IMG/VR virus record: IMGVR_UViG_3300044623_001092
From: a virus
Reading direction: 5' to 3' (one strand)
DNA: 64,000 nucleotides
Within the stretch, counting starts at the first letter, position 1, and the number at the start of each line of letters is the position of its first letter. Position numbers and translations under genes: made by a program. The notes beneath the pieces are model-generated. The model saw only the letters and a program-made list of their open reading frames with translations. It did not search any database and was not told where the DNA came from. Of this stretch, positions 1 to 10,300 are shown piece by piece.

Positions 1-444
1 TAAACTATTAAGTTTATCTACAATACTATCCATATCACCCAATCTTTCTTCAAGACTTGTTAATTGACCAAATAATTGTTCGAAATATTCTTCTTGTTTT
101 TTCTCAACATTTTTTTGAGATTTAACTAAGTCAGTTATTTCAAGTTCTTTATTATCTTTTCCTTTATCGTCAAGTTTCTCAACATCAGGGTCAGATGTAA
201 TATCAATTGGTTCTGCAATTGGGTCTCCACCCATAGCATCAGGAGCCGCTGGTGGAACCGCTCCCATAGCGTCAGGTGAGGGTAACGCTCCCGCATCAGG
301 CGGAATTGCTCCCGCATCAGGTGGTGGAGGTAATGCTCCCTCATCAGGTGGTGGGGGTAATGCTCCCGCGTCTTGTTCTGTAATATATCTATTAATTGAG
401 TTATATCTTTTTAACTCATTTAAAATTTTAACATCTATTTTCAT
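1..444 (-). CDS. Pro-rich putative virion/head-internal protein (partial, runs off window start; not in ORF track)
   Basis: ATG at 444 reads MKIDVKILNELKRYNSINRYITEQDAGALPPPPDEGALPPPPDAGAIPP... open to base 1; acidic coiled-coil-like C-terminal part. Confidence 0.8.
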   Translation of the reverse strand, partial: MKIDVKILNELKRYNSINRYITEQDAGALPPPPDEGALPPPPDAGAIPPDAGALPSPDAMGAVPPAAPDAMGGDPIAEPIDITSDPDVEKLDDKGKDNKELEITDLVKSQKNVEKKQEEYFEQLFGQLTSLEERLGDMDSIVDKLNSL

Positions 445-448
445 GCTC

Positions 449-673
449 TTATCCATTTAATAATTGTTTAACTCCGTTATGTGTTTCAACCTGAACTCGT
501 CTGTTTCTATTGATGGTGTTATCAACTCTCTCAATTAAACCATCTCTCATTCTAATTGTGTAACAATCACCAGTATCTAAATCACAAACTTGTTTAGTAC
601 CGTCACCCATATCTTTTTCTGTAGTTTTAGTATTCTTACCTAAGTAATTATCTAATATTAGTTTAGTATTCAT
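449..673 (-). CDS. hypothetical late protein
   Basis: 74 aa ORF with TATTTATA motif 14 nt upstream; stop 4 nt before next start. Confidence 0.75.
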   Translation of the reverse strand: MNTKLILDNYLGKNTKTTEKDMGDGTKQVCDLDTGDCYTIRMRDGLIERVDNTINRNRRVQVETHNGVKQLLNG

Positions 674-687
674 AATATATCTTTCTA

Positions 688-695
688 TATAAATA
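688..695 (-). promoter_or_regulatory. late promoter motif TATTTATA
   Basis: 14 nt upstream of ATG 673; one of about 16 co-oriented copies. Confidence 0.6.
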
Positions 696-705
696 TCGTC
701 ATTTT

Positions 706-3700
706 TTAATTAATCGCATTATATACGTCAATTGATTTTTTTACCTTATCTTCTAAGTTTTTCAACTTAGTTTTATCATAACTATTATACACACTCATAT
801 CTTTCATCATAGGCCCCTTAATTGTTAAGTTATTAATAATTAAAAATTTTGCAATAGAGGATGCCGTCACCTCAACACTACCCATTCTTGATTTCCATCT
901 ACCAACAATAAATTTCAAATGATTATACAAGTCATTGAATACCGCATAGGGTAATATTGTACTATCATTCGCCGATGTCAAACAAAAAAATTGTTTATTA
1001 CCTATAAAGTAAGTTTCTGAAGAACCCCAAGCACCATCAGATAATGTTACACCACCGTAGTTACTTTCATACGCAGTCATTTTAATATCACCATTGGCCG
1101 ATTCAACATATAAGGCCGCGAATACGACATACTGTAATACACTTCCATCAACACCATCCGATATTAAAACATTTTTAAGTTCATTTTTAACTTTAGAGAA
1201 TGTTGAGTTATTCACGGTAGGGGTAATATCATGGAATTCATCATATGGTGCAACTGGTTTACATGTTTGTGGTTGTGTCAATTCTTTATCACCACCACTA
1301 ATCGCTTGTATTTTCTCTTGTTGTGATTTAGCAGTTCCATCAGCGTTTTTACTTTCCTTTTCTTTAGCCTCTTTATCCTTTTTATTATTCTCAATAATAC
1401 TTTTCAATAAGTTATTTTTCAATGTTTGGATATATCCATCAATCTTAGGTAAAGATGCCGTAGGTTGTCTAATACCTGTAATAATGGTTTCAAATGAACC
1501 TTGGGTAATTGAATGACTAACTGTTTGAATCATATATGGACCATTAAACATTGGTACATATCTTAAATTGAAATACATCGTCGGTTGTATTAACGCATTA
1601 CCCATCATAGATACTGTACAGGTATAACTTCTATTCTTATATAAATTATACAAAGATAAACTTTGTGAACTACCACCTCTATTACCTGCTTGATTTGCCA
1701 TTTGGTTAATCACCTCCAAAGATTCCACTGTTGATGAACTATTTTTTTGGTCAACCATAAACCCATAAAACATAGATTGATTTTGAGGCCCAATATCAAC
1801 ATTAAATCCAACAACCTTGTTAGACTTATCCCAATCTTTTTTACCGACTTGGTTTTCCACTAATGGATTATCAACACGTCTTAAATCAAACGCATCATTT
1901 CTGTATCTATAGTCAACGTTTTCTTTTAAATCCAATTGTTCAGATGGTTTACCCGCATAATAACAAACCATTTTAGGTCCCGATTCTCTATAATCAACAT
2001 CCATAAATGTACCAAATAATGTATTTGCAAATTCTAAAGTACCTTCAGGTTTTGGTTTTGGGTTTTTACTAACGTCTTGTACATTATAAAAATTCACATA
2101 TGACGGTAAATTATGTACAACAAAATTGTTTTCCTGTAATATAGTTTGTACGAAAGATAACATACTAACTTTAGGGGAATCCAACACGTTTTGTAATCTA
2201 TTTTTTAATTTATATACGTCAACTAAAACTTTCTCCCCAATATTTCTACTAGCTCTATCCAATAACAATATATCTTCAAACAATGTTTTAACTTTAAAGT
2301 CATTACCCGATATCCACTTGTCATTTAATGATTTAAACGACTCCCAAAGTTCAATTTTTGATTGAGGTCCTTCCAAATCAGATACTACTTGATTCTCAGG
2401 ACTATTATTAACATTAGGTAATTTTTTATTTAAAGTTATCATGATATTATCAAAAACTTTATCTAAAAAATAATCTGTCTGTGTTAAATAATCAGTCATT
2501 GACTGTAAAAACTTAGTGTTATTAAAGGTACTATCCTTTAATTTATTAGTCGCATAAATTTTAATTAATGGCGCCAAATCTTTAATATTACTAATTTCAA
2601 ATGAAACATTGTTATCAATAAAAAAGTCGGTAATATATGAACCATTATCATCATATTTTAATTTATCAATATTTGAGAAACCCACATAAGTTTCAAGGGC
2701 TTTCCATTCATTAGGATAATTAGTTATTGATGTTACCAAATTTGTATTTGGTGGTAATGCGTTTGGTGTTACAATACTATAATCACCATATTTGTATTGG
2801 TCTACAATATTTAAAAACGAAAATGTGTAAAAAAGTTTTTTATTGTAATTAGTTGGGTTACCAAATTTAATAATCTTTTTAGAATTCATAAATTCAATAA
2901 TTGTATTATTAAGATTTTCAACTTGTTTTAATTGTATATTTTCAATTAAATTTGTACTATTTGTACCAGTAGTTTTAGGGATTTTAGCTAAAGTTCTCAT
3001 CATACTTTGGAAGTTGTGTGTAGGGTCCCCTTCCAAAGTATCGTAAATTGTTTTCGAATAATTTAAAAACTCTTGTTCAAGAATATCTAATACGTCTTTT
3101 TCAAAGACACTAAACATTTCACTAATATCGTCATAACCATTACTATCACCATTTATCGAAAAATTTTCTTGTGAAGATGTTAATCCTGTAAAAATTTCTT
3201 TTAAATATTGAGATGGTGTTGGTTTAATTAATTTATCAACATCAAAATATCCATAATTAGGTGCAGCCCAAAATGTTCTAACTGAACCATTAAAAACCGC
3301 GGTATTACCCGTTACTTCAATTTTTTGTTCATTACCATTAAAACATTCTTGATATGTTTGATTAATTATAGAACCCTCAGAAGGCATCAAATAGAAACTA
3401 GTATCATCTAAAGTTTTAACATATATTGACCAAGGTATTACTTTTAAATTTTTAGTATCCGCAGTACTAGTATTAAGTAAGTTAGTTGATTGATTAATTA
3501 TAGCCCCATCAACGTAATTTAGAGTTAAACCTGACGCTATACCATATTGTATATCAGTTGACGTATATCCCGTATACAACATAAACCCTTGATAAAATAC
3601 GTTAAAATCATTAAGTGTTTTAGGGTAAAATCCAACGTTTATTAATGATGAGGTATCAGTAAGGCCAGGTCCCATACTAATGGTTGTGTTTTTTTCCAAT

Positions 3701-6700
3701 ATAATATCAACATTACCACCACCAATTGTCAATGAGTATACTGTAGTTAATCCACTTGCAACAGGGTCATAATTTCCCGCATAATCAAAACTTTTCCAAG
3801 AATTATCTAAGATATCATTTCCCGTTTCAATATAGTTTTTATATCTATGCCAAATTGACCCATATTTTAATATCCAAGCATATGGTACTCTATGAATAGC
3901 CCCAAATTTTTTCATAGTAGCAAAAATATAATCTAAATCAGTAGTAGAACCACCTGTATTTTTGGTTTTATATTTCTCCCTTAATGTCGCCAAAGGTAAA
4001 CTATTTAAAAACAAATAAGCGGCCTCTTTATATGGGTATAAGTCAGAATTTCTAAAATTATCCACACCATTTTGGATTGCATTAACAAAATAAGGTGTGT
4101 TCATCATTGATACCGTTTGATTAGTATTAACATTCCCACTGTAATTTACGTATTTTAAATTACCTTCAGTAAAAAACTGTTTTTCACTAGTTCTATCAGA
4201 ATAATAATTTTTAACATCATTACTTTTAATACCATCCGAACTTTTTAAGAAATTACTAAAAGGTAAACAAACTGTTTTATCATCATCACCACTTTTAAAG
4301 TTAGTAATTATTTTTTTACTTTTATTAAAGTTCAATACCTTGGTTGTATTAAACGCCACACTAGTATTTGCGATGGTTACACCATTTGCAAGATTTCCTT
4401 GTTCCCAATTTAAATCCGTAAATGGATATGTTTCAGTAAATGTCACAGAATTAGATGTTGTGGATGCTGATATATAATTAGTAATTACAGGTTCAGTTTC
4501 TAATGAGATTGTTATATCTTTACCCGAAATTTCCGACATAATTTCAAATTGAGAATCATTAACATAGTTCTTTAAATAAACCGTATTGAATATCCCTCTA
4601 ATATAGTTCTGCCAACTTAAACCAACTCCGTCATTTGATATATGTTTTAATGTTGGTATAATATTTCTCGAATTTAACGCATAATCTTTTAGTTTTAAAA
4701 TTAAAAATGGATTACTATTAGATAATGATTTCAAGACATTGTTACTTTCAACGTCAGCAACAACTTGAGCAATACTATCAATTTCACCCGTACCATAAAC
4801 TCTACTTAATCGAGTATAATAAGTATAAATTAATAATCTTTCATATAATTCGTAGATAAATTTTACCTCTTCTTTATTACCAAAAATCTCATTACTTGCA
4901 GGATATTCTATAGAATTTAATGTTATTCTTTGTGTTTGGGTTTCACCATTATTACCCGCCGTAGGGTCTGATGGTGGTGTTGTTCGTTCAACAAATCCTT
5001 TTATAAATTCCTCAACAAATTCAATTTCTGGCCACACATCAAATAAAAAACCTTTAGTTTTACTAACCACTTTAGAATCACCAGGATACTGTATTTCATA
5101 TTTTTCATGACCATCTTCACCCGATGTCGAAACAATGTATTGTGGCCAAGGATAAACAGGTATATCACTACTCACATTAACATCTTTAGTATCAGGACTA
5201 GCGTTAGAAACATCTTTATCAAAGATAGCATCTTTTCTAATCTTATCATCCCTAACATTCCAAGCCTTAGTATGTACCTCATCTAATAGACGTAAAAACG
5301 CTTCACCATTAGCAAAAATAACGGCTAACACATTTCGAATGTTAGGTGTAAACCCAATACCATTAGTTTTACTTACCAATAATTTTGATAATGACTCTGT
5401 TAAAGCGGTCTCAATCTCTTCACGGATTACTTTTAAGTCTTTAGACATTTTACCCGTTAAATCCATAAAAGAATTAGAACCCTCAAATTTAAACCATTCA
5501 GTTGGTAATATTTTAACATTATTAATGTTAACCTCATTTGTAACATTAAAAATACCAGCCTCTTTTAGTTCATTTTGAAAATTCTTAATATCATCAGGTG
5601 ATGGGTCAACTTTAACTTTTTTAACTTGTCTATATGTCGGAACATAATCAATTTCTGACGGTGTTATTGTTGCCGTAAAAATATTTTCAGTTATTCGGTT
5701 TTCAACTTGACATGTTTTACGGTTACCATCAATAGTATACCCACCATTTATTCCAACAGTTTTATTTTTATTTAATAAGTCATTATACTCACCCAACTTA
5801 CCAAATAATTCAGTTTTAGCGTTTTTTCGACTTTGTTCATCTGACAATTCTTTTTTAAAAGTATAAACTTTAGTTCCATCCTTTTTAATTAAGAAATTGG
5901 TTCTATCCATATATTTATCAAACCAAGACCCTTTTCCATCCGATAAATATAAGAATATTTCTTTCTCATATTCATTCAAAGTACTCTGATAAGTATCAAT
6001 ATCGGTTATTGGGTCTAAATTAGCTTTAGTAAAAGAATCTAAAGTATTTTTAATAAAGTTTTCAATGTTATCCCTCATTTGTACAATAGTTAACTCAGGA
6101 AAATCGTCAGGAATTAATCCTTTTGATTTATATTCATTGTACATTTCTTTCACTTTCTGATAACCTTTCTCAACAATAGCATTATCAACGTTTGAAAAAT
6201 TACTAGGTCCACCTTGTTGGGTTTGGACTTTTAATCTTGATTTATACATATGAGGTGTTGCAATAAGATACCCCATACTTATCTCACCTAAAATAGTATA
6301 TTTGTAAGTATAAAAATTTAAACTAATTTTAAAATTCCCATCACCTGAATCATATCGAGATGAAAAACTTTGTAACATTAACGCTAATTTAACCGCTTTA
6401 CCATAATAACCTTTAATAGTTAAATGGAATAATGGATAAGGTAAATTGAAGAATGCCGCGTATGGTGAATTATCCCCCGCTTCAAATAACGCACGACCTT
6501 TAACGTCCTCTAATTGAATGTCTACTCGTGGCATAAATGAAAGGTCCTGATTAATACTAATACTTGTCATACCTAACAATCCATTGTCAGTTGCTCCTAT
6601 ATCACCATTAGATTTAGTTGTTTGTTTGATATACCAATCTTCTTTGTTTTTAGGATTAAAAATTTGTTTTTGTGTTGGTTGGTTAATACCTTTACCATCT

Positions 6701-7002
6701 AAAGAACTTTGTCCCGTTATTTCATTTGTATAGGCATTATCTAATAATCCTTTACCTCCAGGATTAAGAAAATTAATTGATGCCAATGAAACTGTTTGGA
6801 TAGCGTCACCATTTGCCGACCCTACCGATAATTTAGTTCTCGGTAATACTCTACACTCTAAGTTAGCATACATTACCAAGTTTTCTTGTTTTACATATCG
6901 TTCTTTTACATTACCATCTAAATCAACCACTTTATTGGGGTCAACAATTGTGATATTATTGTAATCAAATTCTACTAAAATATTTTCTATTTTATCTGCC
7001 AT
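706..7002 (-). CDS. giant baseplate hub protein (gp27/GpD-like) with C-terminal lysozyme/GH73-like domain
   Basis: 2098 aa; hub-like C-terminal motif SYTCTVSMMGNALIQPTMYFNL..NGPYMIQTVSHSI; terminal ALYVES...NYGGV...YAVF resembles GH73/lysozyme-fold motifs; follows LysM gene in tail module. Confidence 0.65.
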   Translation of the reverse strand: MADKIENILVEFDYNNITIVDPNKVVDLDGNVKERYVKQENLVMYANLECRVLPRTKLSVGSANGDAIQTVSLASINFLNPGGKGLLDNAYTNEITGQSSLDGKGINQPTQKQIFNPKNKEDWYIKQTTKSNGDIGATDNGLLGMTSISINQDLSFMPRVDIQLEDVKGRALFEAGDNSPYAAFFNLPYPLFHLTIKGYYGKAVKLALMLQSFSSRYDSGDGNFKISLNFYTYKYTILGEISMGYLIATPHMYKSRLKVQTQQGGPSNFSNVDNAIVEKGYQKVKEMYNEYKSKGLIPDDFPELTIVQMRDNIENFIKNTLDSFTKANLDPITDIDTYQSTLNEYEKEIFLYLSDGKGSWFDKYMDRTNFLIKKDGTKVYTFKKELSDEQSRKNAKTELFGKLGEYNDLLNKNKTVGINGGYTIDGNRKTCQVENRITENIFTATITPSEIDYVPTYRQVKKVKVDPSPDDIKNFQNELKEAGIFNVTNEVNINNVKILPTEWFKFEGSNSFMDLTGKMSKDLKVIREEIETALTESLSKLLVSKTNGIGFTPNIRNVLAVIFANGEAFLRLLDEVHTKAWNVRDDKIRKDAIFDKDVSNASPDTKDVNVSSDIPVYPWPQYIVSTSGEDGHEKYEIQYPGDSKVVSKTKGFLFDVWPEIEFVEEFIKGFVERTTPPSDPTAGNNGETQTQRITLNSIEYPASNEIFGNKEEVKFIYELYERLLIYTYYTRLSRVYGTGEIDSIAQVVADVESNNVLKSLSNSNPFLILKLKDYALNSRNIIPTLKHISNDGVGLSWQNYIRGIFNTVYLKNYVNDSQFEIMSEISGKDITISLETEPVITNYISASTTSNSVTFTETYPFTDLNWEQGNLANGVTIANTSVAFNTTKVLNFNKSKKIITNFKSGDDDKTVCLPFSNFLKSSDGIKSNDVKNYYSDRTSEKQFFTEGNLKYVNYSGNVNTNQTVSMMNTPYFVNAIQNGVDNFRNSDLYPYKEAAYLFLNSLPLATLREKYKTKNTGGSTTDLDYIFATMKKFGAIHRVPYAWILKYGSIWHRYKNYIETGNDILDNSWKSFDYAGNYDPVASGLTTVYSLTIGGGNVDIILEKNTTISMGPGLTDTSSLINVGFYPKTLNDFNVFYQGFMLYTGYTSTDIQYGIASGLTLNYVDGAIINQSTNLLNTSTADTKNLKVIPWSIYVKTLDDTSFYLMPSEGSIINQTYQECFNGNEQKIEVTGNTAVFNGSVRTFWAAPNYGYFDVDKLIKPTPSQYLKEIFTGLTSSQENFSINGDSNGYDDISEMFSVFEKDVLDILEQEFLNYSKTIYDTLEGDPTHNFQSMMRTLAKIPKTTGTNSTNLIENIQLKQVENLNNTIIEFMNSKKIIKFGNPTNYNKKLFYTFSFLNIVDQYKYGDYSIVTPNALPPNTNLVTSITNYPNEWKALETYVGFSNIDKLKYDDNGSYITDFFIDNNVSFEISNIKDLAPLIKIYATNKLKDSTFNNTKFLQSMTDYLTQTDYFLDKVFDNIMITLNKKLPNVNNSPENQVVSDLEGPQSKIELWESFKSLNDKWISGNDFKVKTLFEDILLLDRASRNIGEKVLVDVYKLKNRLQNVLDSPKVSMLSFVQTILQENNFVVHNLPSYVNFYNVQDVSKNPKPKPEGTLEFANTLFGTFMDVDYRESGPKMVCYYAGKPSEQLDLKENVDYRYRNDAFDLRRVDNPLVENQVGKKDWDKSNKVVGFNVDIGPQNQSMFYGFMVDQKNSSSTVESLEVINQMANQAGNRGGSSQSLSLYNLYKNRSYTCTVSMMGNALIQPTMYFNLRYVPMFNGPYMIQTVSHSITQGSFETIITGIRQPTASLPKIDGYIQTLKNNLLKSIIENNKKDKEAKEKESKNADGTAKSQQEKIQAISGGDKELTQPQTCKPVAPYDEFHDITPTVNNSTFSKVKNELKNVLISDGVDGSVLQYVVFAALYVESANGDIKMTAYESNYGGVTLSDGAWGSSETYFIGNKQFFCLTSANDSTILPYAVFNDLYNHLKFIVGRWKSRMGSVEVTASSIAKFLIINNLTIKGPMMKDMSVYNSYDKTKLKNLEDKVKKSIDVYNAIN

Positions 7003-7318
7003 AATATAAGAAGTGGTTATCTAATGCGTTTTTATAATCTTGTAAAGAAGCTACTAAAGGAACTGGAATTGTCAAGATTGAACCATCAGGAATATTCCAT
7101 TCCAATCCTCCGTACATGGGATTAGCAATTAAAATTAACCACCCAAAGTATGGGGAACCATAATATTGTTGTGATAAAATATCTAATCTTGATTGTCCAA
7201 CCTTGTAAATATATCGTTTATCACTAGTTTTAGTTGGTAATGTAATATACGGAACAACCGTTTGTTCACCATTTAAAACAAAATTGTTATATCTGTTATA
7301 ATATTGTCTTCCAGCCAT
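6992..7318 (-). CDS. LysM-like baseplate wedge protein (gp53/P2 gpX-like)
   Basis: YKVGQSRLDILSQQYYGSPYFGWLILIANP...IPDGSILTIP matches the LysM/tail-X pattern; position between tube initiator and hub. Confidence 0.8.
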   Translation of the reverse strand: MAGRQYYNRYNNFVLNGEQTVVPYITLPTKTSDKRYIYKVGQSRLDILSQQYYGSPYFGWLILIANPMYGGLEWNIPDGSILTIPVPLVASLQDYKNALDNHFLYYGR

Positions 7319-10300
7319 TATATCGTTATTTTACCATCAAAAGTTGATAATACTGTAGCATCGGAACCATAATTAGTTGTACCATAAATATTTTTAAGGG
7401 TCTGTTCTTGAACTTCGTTATTTGTGTCGTCTTTAATTGTATTATAATCCATTCTTCTAACTTTACCTTTAGGATACATAACTTCACTAATACCCGTAGT
7501 ATATTTAGTATATTCTTTATCTTTCTTAAAATCACTAATAAGTTTTTCCTCTTTCTTTAATTCTTTAAGATAATCGTCAGATAATTTATCACAAATTTTA
7601 TTAAAATATTTTTTAATTTTTTTGTTTACATCATTAGTTAAAGGACCTGAAATAACAAAATCTTTAAAACCTTGTAATTTACTACTATCGGTTAAAACTC
7701 TTGCCATCACCATAAAAAACAGTACATTACTAATATCAGTTAATGGTTTAAATGGTTCACCATCACCAATATTAAAGTCTTCAATTATTAACTTTTTAGT
7801 TTTTAATAATTTATAAAAATCCTCTAAACTTTTTGGTAATTTGTCGTAATCAGTTTCAAATTCAATAAACGTATTAGCGGCAATACTTGTACTACTAACA
7901 TCACCTTGTTTTGTCGAACCACTAAGATTATATACTTCAGGTGTTAACCCATCTTTAATTATACCATCAGTTTTAGTTTTTACTAAATTAAGTTGTCTTA
8001 TCAAACCTAATAATTCATTTTGTTGTGACACCATATCACCAATAATAGTTGATAATCCTGAATTATAATCACTAACCATGTTATTCACATATTGTTCCAT
8101 GTTTTGTCTCAACAAAGTCATACCAACAGTTCCATCATCAATATTTTTATCGTCCAAAATATATCCAATTATTGGATTAACATTACCAACTTTAATAAAT
8201 GTAATTACTTTTTCAAACAATGTTTTAGTTTGTTCAGTTATATCGGGTTTACCATAAATTATGTTAGTTCTATTTACGACCCCAATAGTACCATCCGTAT
8301 ATTGACGAGTACCAATATTATTCATCATTTGTAAAGTACCATAGTTATATTGTAAAACCACTTTTTCCATTTGATTTGGAATATTAGTATAATACTTAGT
8401 GGACACATCTAATAAACTATCCATAACTTTACCATACAGAATTTCTCCCGTATCACCAATAGTTGCTGGTGTTGTTTTAATTTCACCAATTGGTGTTCCA
8501 CCTTTATTCGGTTGCTGATTATTAACCGTTTCATTTTTACCGTTACTTGAATTTGCAACAATAGAGTCAAATATTTTTTTATCTAAGGCCGAAGTATCTT
8601 CAGTTGCCGTAGCTCTTTCGTCATAAATCTCAGTATTCGCATAATAATTGAAAGACAACGCGTTCTGTAATTGGTCAACAGGTCCTTTTAACCCCATACC
8701 ACCAATTATGTTAAAACCTAAACTAACCTCAACTATCATTGGTTGAACTCCAATACCTTCAGGGTTCATATCAAATAATAATGGGTCATATGTGAAACTA
8801 AGATTATTAGGTATAATTTTAGTATGATAGAAATCACCAATCCTAAGTACTAAGACAGGTGCTGAACCAAATGATGTATTTGTCGCATCATTATAAACAG
8901 GTTTCCCATCAGGACCAATAACAGGAATCGTATCACCAGGTCTAACACATTGATTTAAAAATGTTATACGAGAATTTAACCCTTCAGGTGTCATTGAGTG
9001 AAACGCTGGATTGAAGTACTTAATTTTTTCTTTAAATGAACTATAAATCATCGGGTCATTTTCTTTAATCATGTCAAAATAATCACATTCTGACAATAAA
9101 GCCCTTAACACTTTTTTACTTAACCCTTCTTTAAAAGTTTTACTAACATCCTTAGTTGGTTGTGGTTTTAATGGTGTTATTTTATTCTCAATAGTTTCAG
9201 GTTTTTCAATAACAGGAGGTGGTGGTGGTGGCATAGGTTCCGCAGTTATATTTTTGATATTAACACGTCTACAAGCCATCGCACTTAACGCATATTTTTG
9301 AGATACCGCATTACTAACACCTGTACTCCCTGATATATCAATATGACAATCTATAGATTCACCTGAACCCCCATCACCTTTTGGTACTATCACGGTTTCA
9401 ATTTCACCTTTAGCAGTTGCTGAAACAACTTTAAATTGTTCTTTACCAGCAACCATAAATTCACCTAAATTAGCCTCACCTATTTTTGTCGTTTTAAAAA
9501 ATTCTTTAACAGAACTAATTCTTCGTTCTGATAATGATTTATTATAATCAACTGAAGCAACGGCCGATGCCGAACCAACCATAGTTATAGTAATACTTTT
9601 TAATGTTTTACTTTTAAGTAAATTATAGGCCTCAACAATAAAACCATCAGTTTTTGTAATTGTTTCATAATTCCATTTAATTAAATTAAAAAAGGCATCC
9701 GTATTACGATTGATGTTACCTTCATCAAATGTTACTTTTGATTTATTATAATAGTTATCAATATTACTATCACTAGTATATACGTCATAAGTTCCTTTAT
9801 AATTAGTTCCCGATGTTTTAGGTATATCATTTTCAAAGTAAAAAGAAAAATCTTTATACTTATTTTCAAATTCTTTTGCCGCGGTATCCGAAGTTGTTGA
9901 TGTCTTTTGTGGGTCACCTGTACTAGCGGCATTACCACCTGTACTCGTATTTTGGGCTGGTATCGACTGTTTTAACGTTGATAATTCTTCAGGTGTTAAT
10001 CTTGGGTTGTTTAATGCGTTTTGTATTTGTTCTAATTCGGAAACAGGTACTTTGTTATATTTTAGAGCTAAAGTATATAAATCAAATTTAGCACAACCCG
10101 CAAAAAACGATTCAATAATAGAATTAGTTCGTTCTGAACTAGCATCCTTTAATTGGTGATTCACAATTAAATTCAAAACCGATGGGTGGTCAACTACTAT
10201 TTTCCAAGATAAACTACCCGTTCTACTCGTATCTTTATAAGTATAAATTGGTTCAGGTCTACCGATAAAACTAGTTGGATTCCAATTCGCCTGACTTGAA

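Noticed and set aside
135-344. 69-aa ORF MREHYLHH...
   Set aside because: Alternate-frame reading of the Pro-rich repeats in the longer 1-444 ORF
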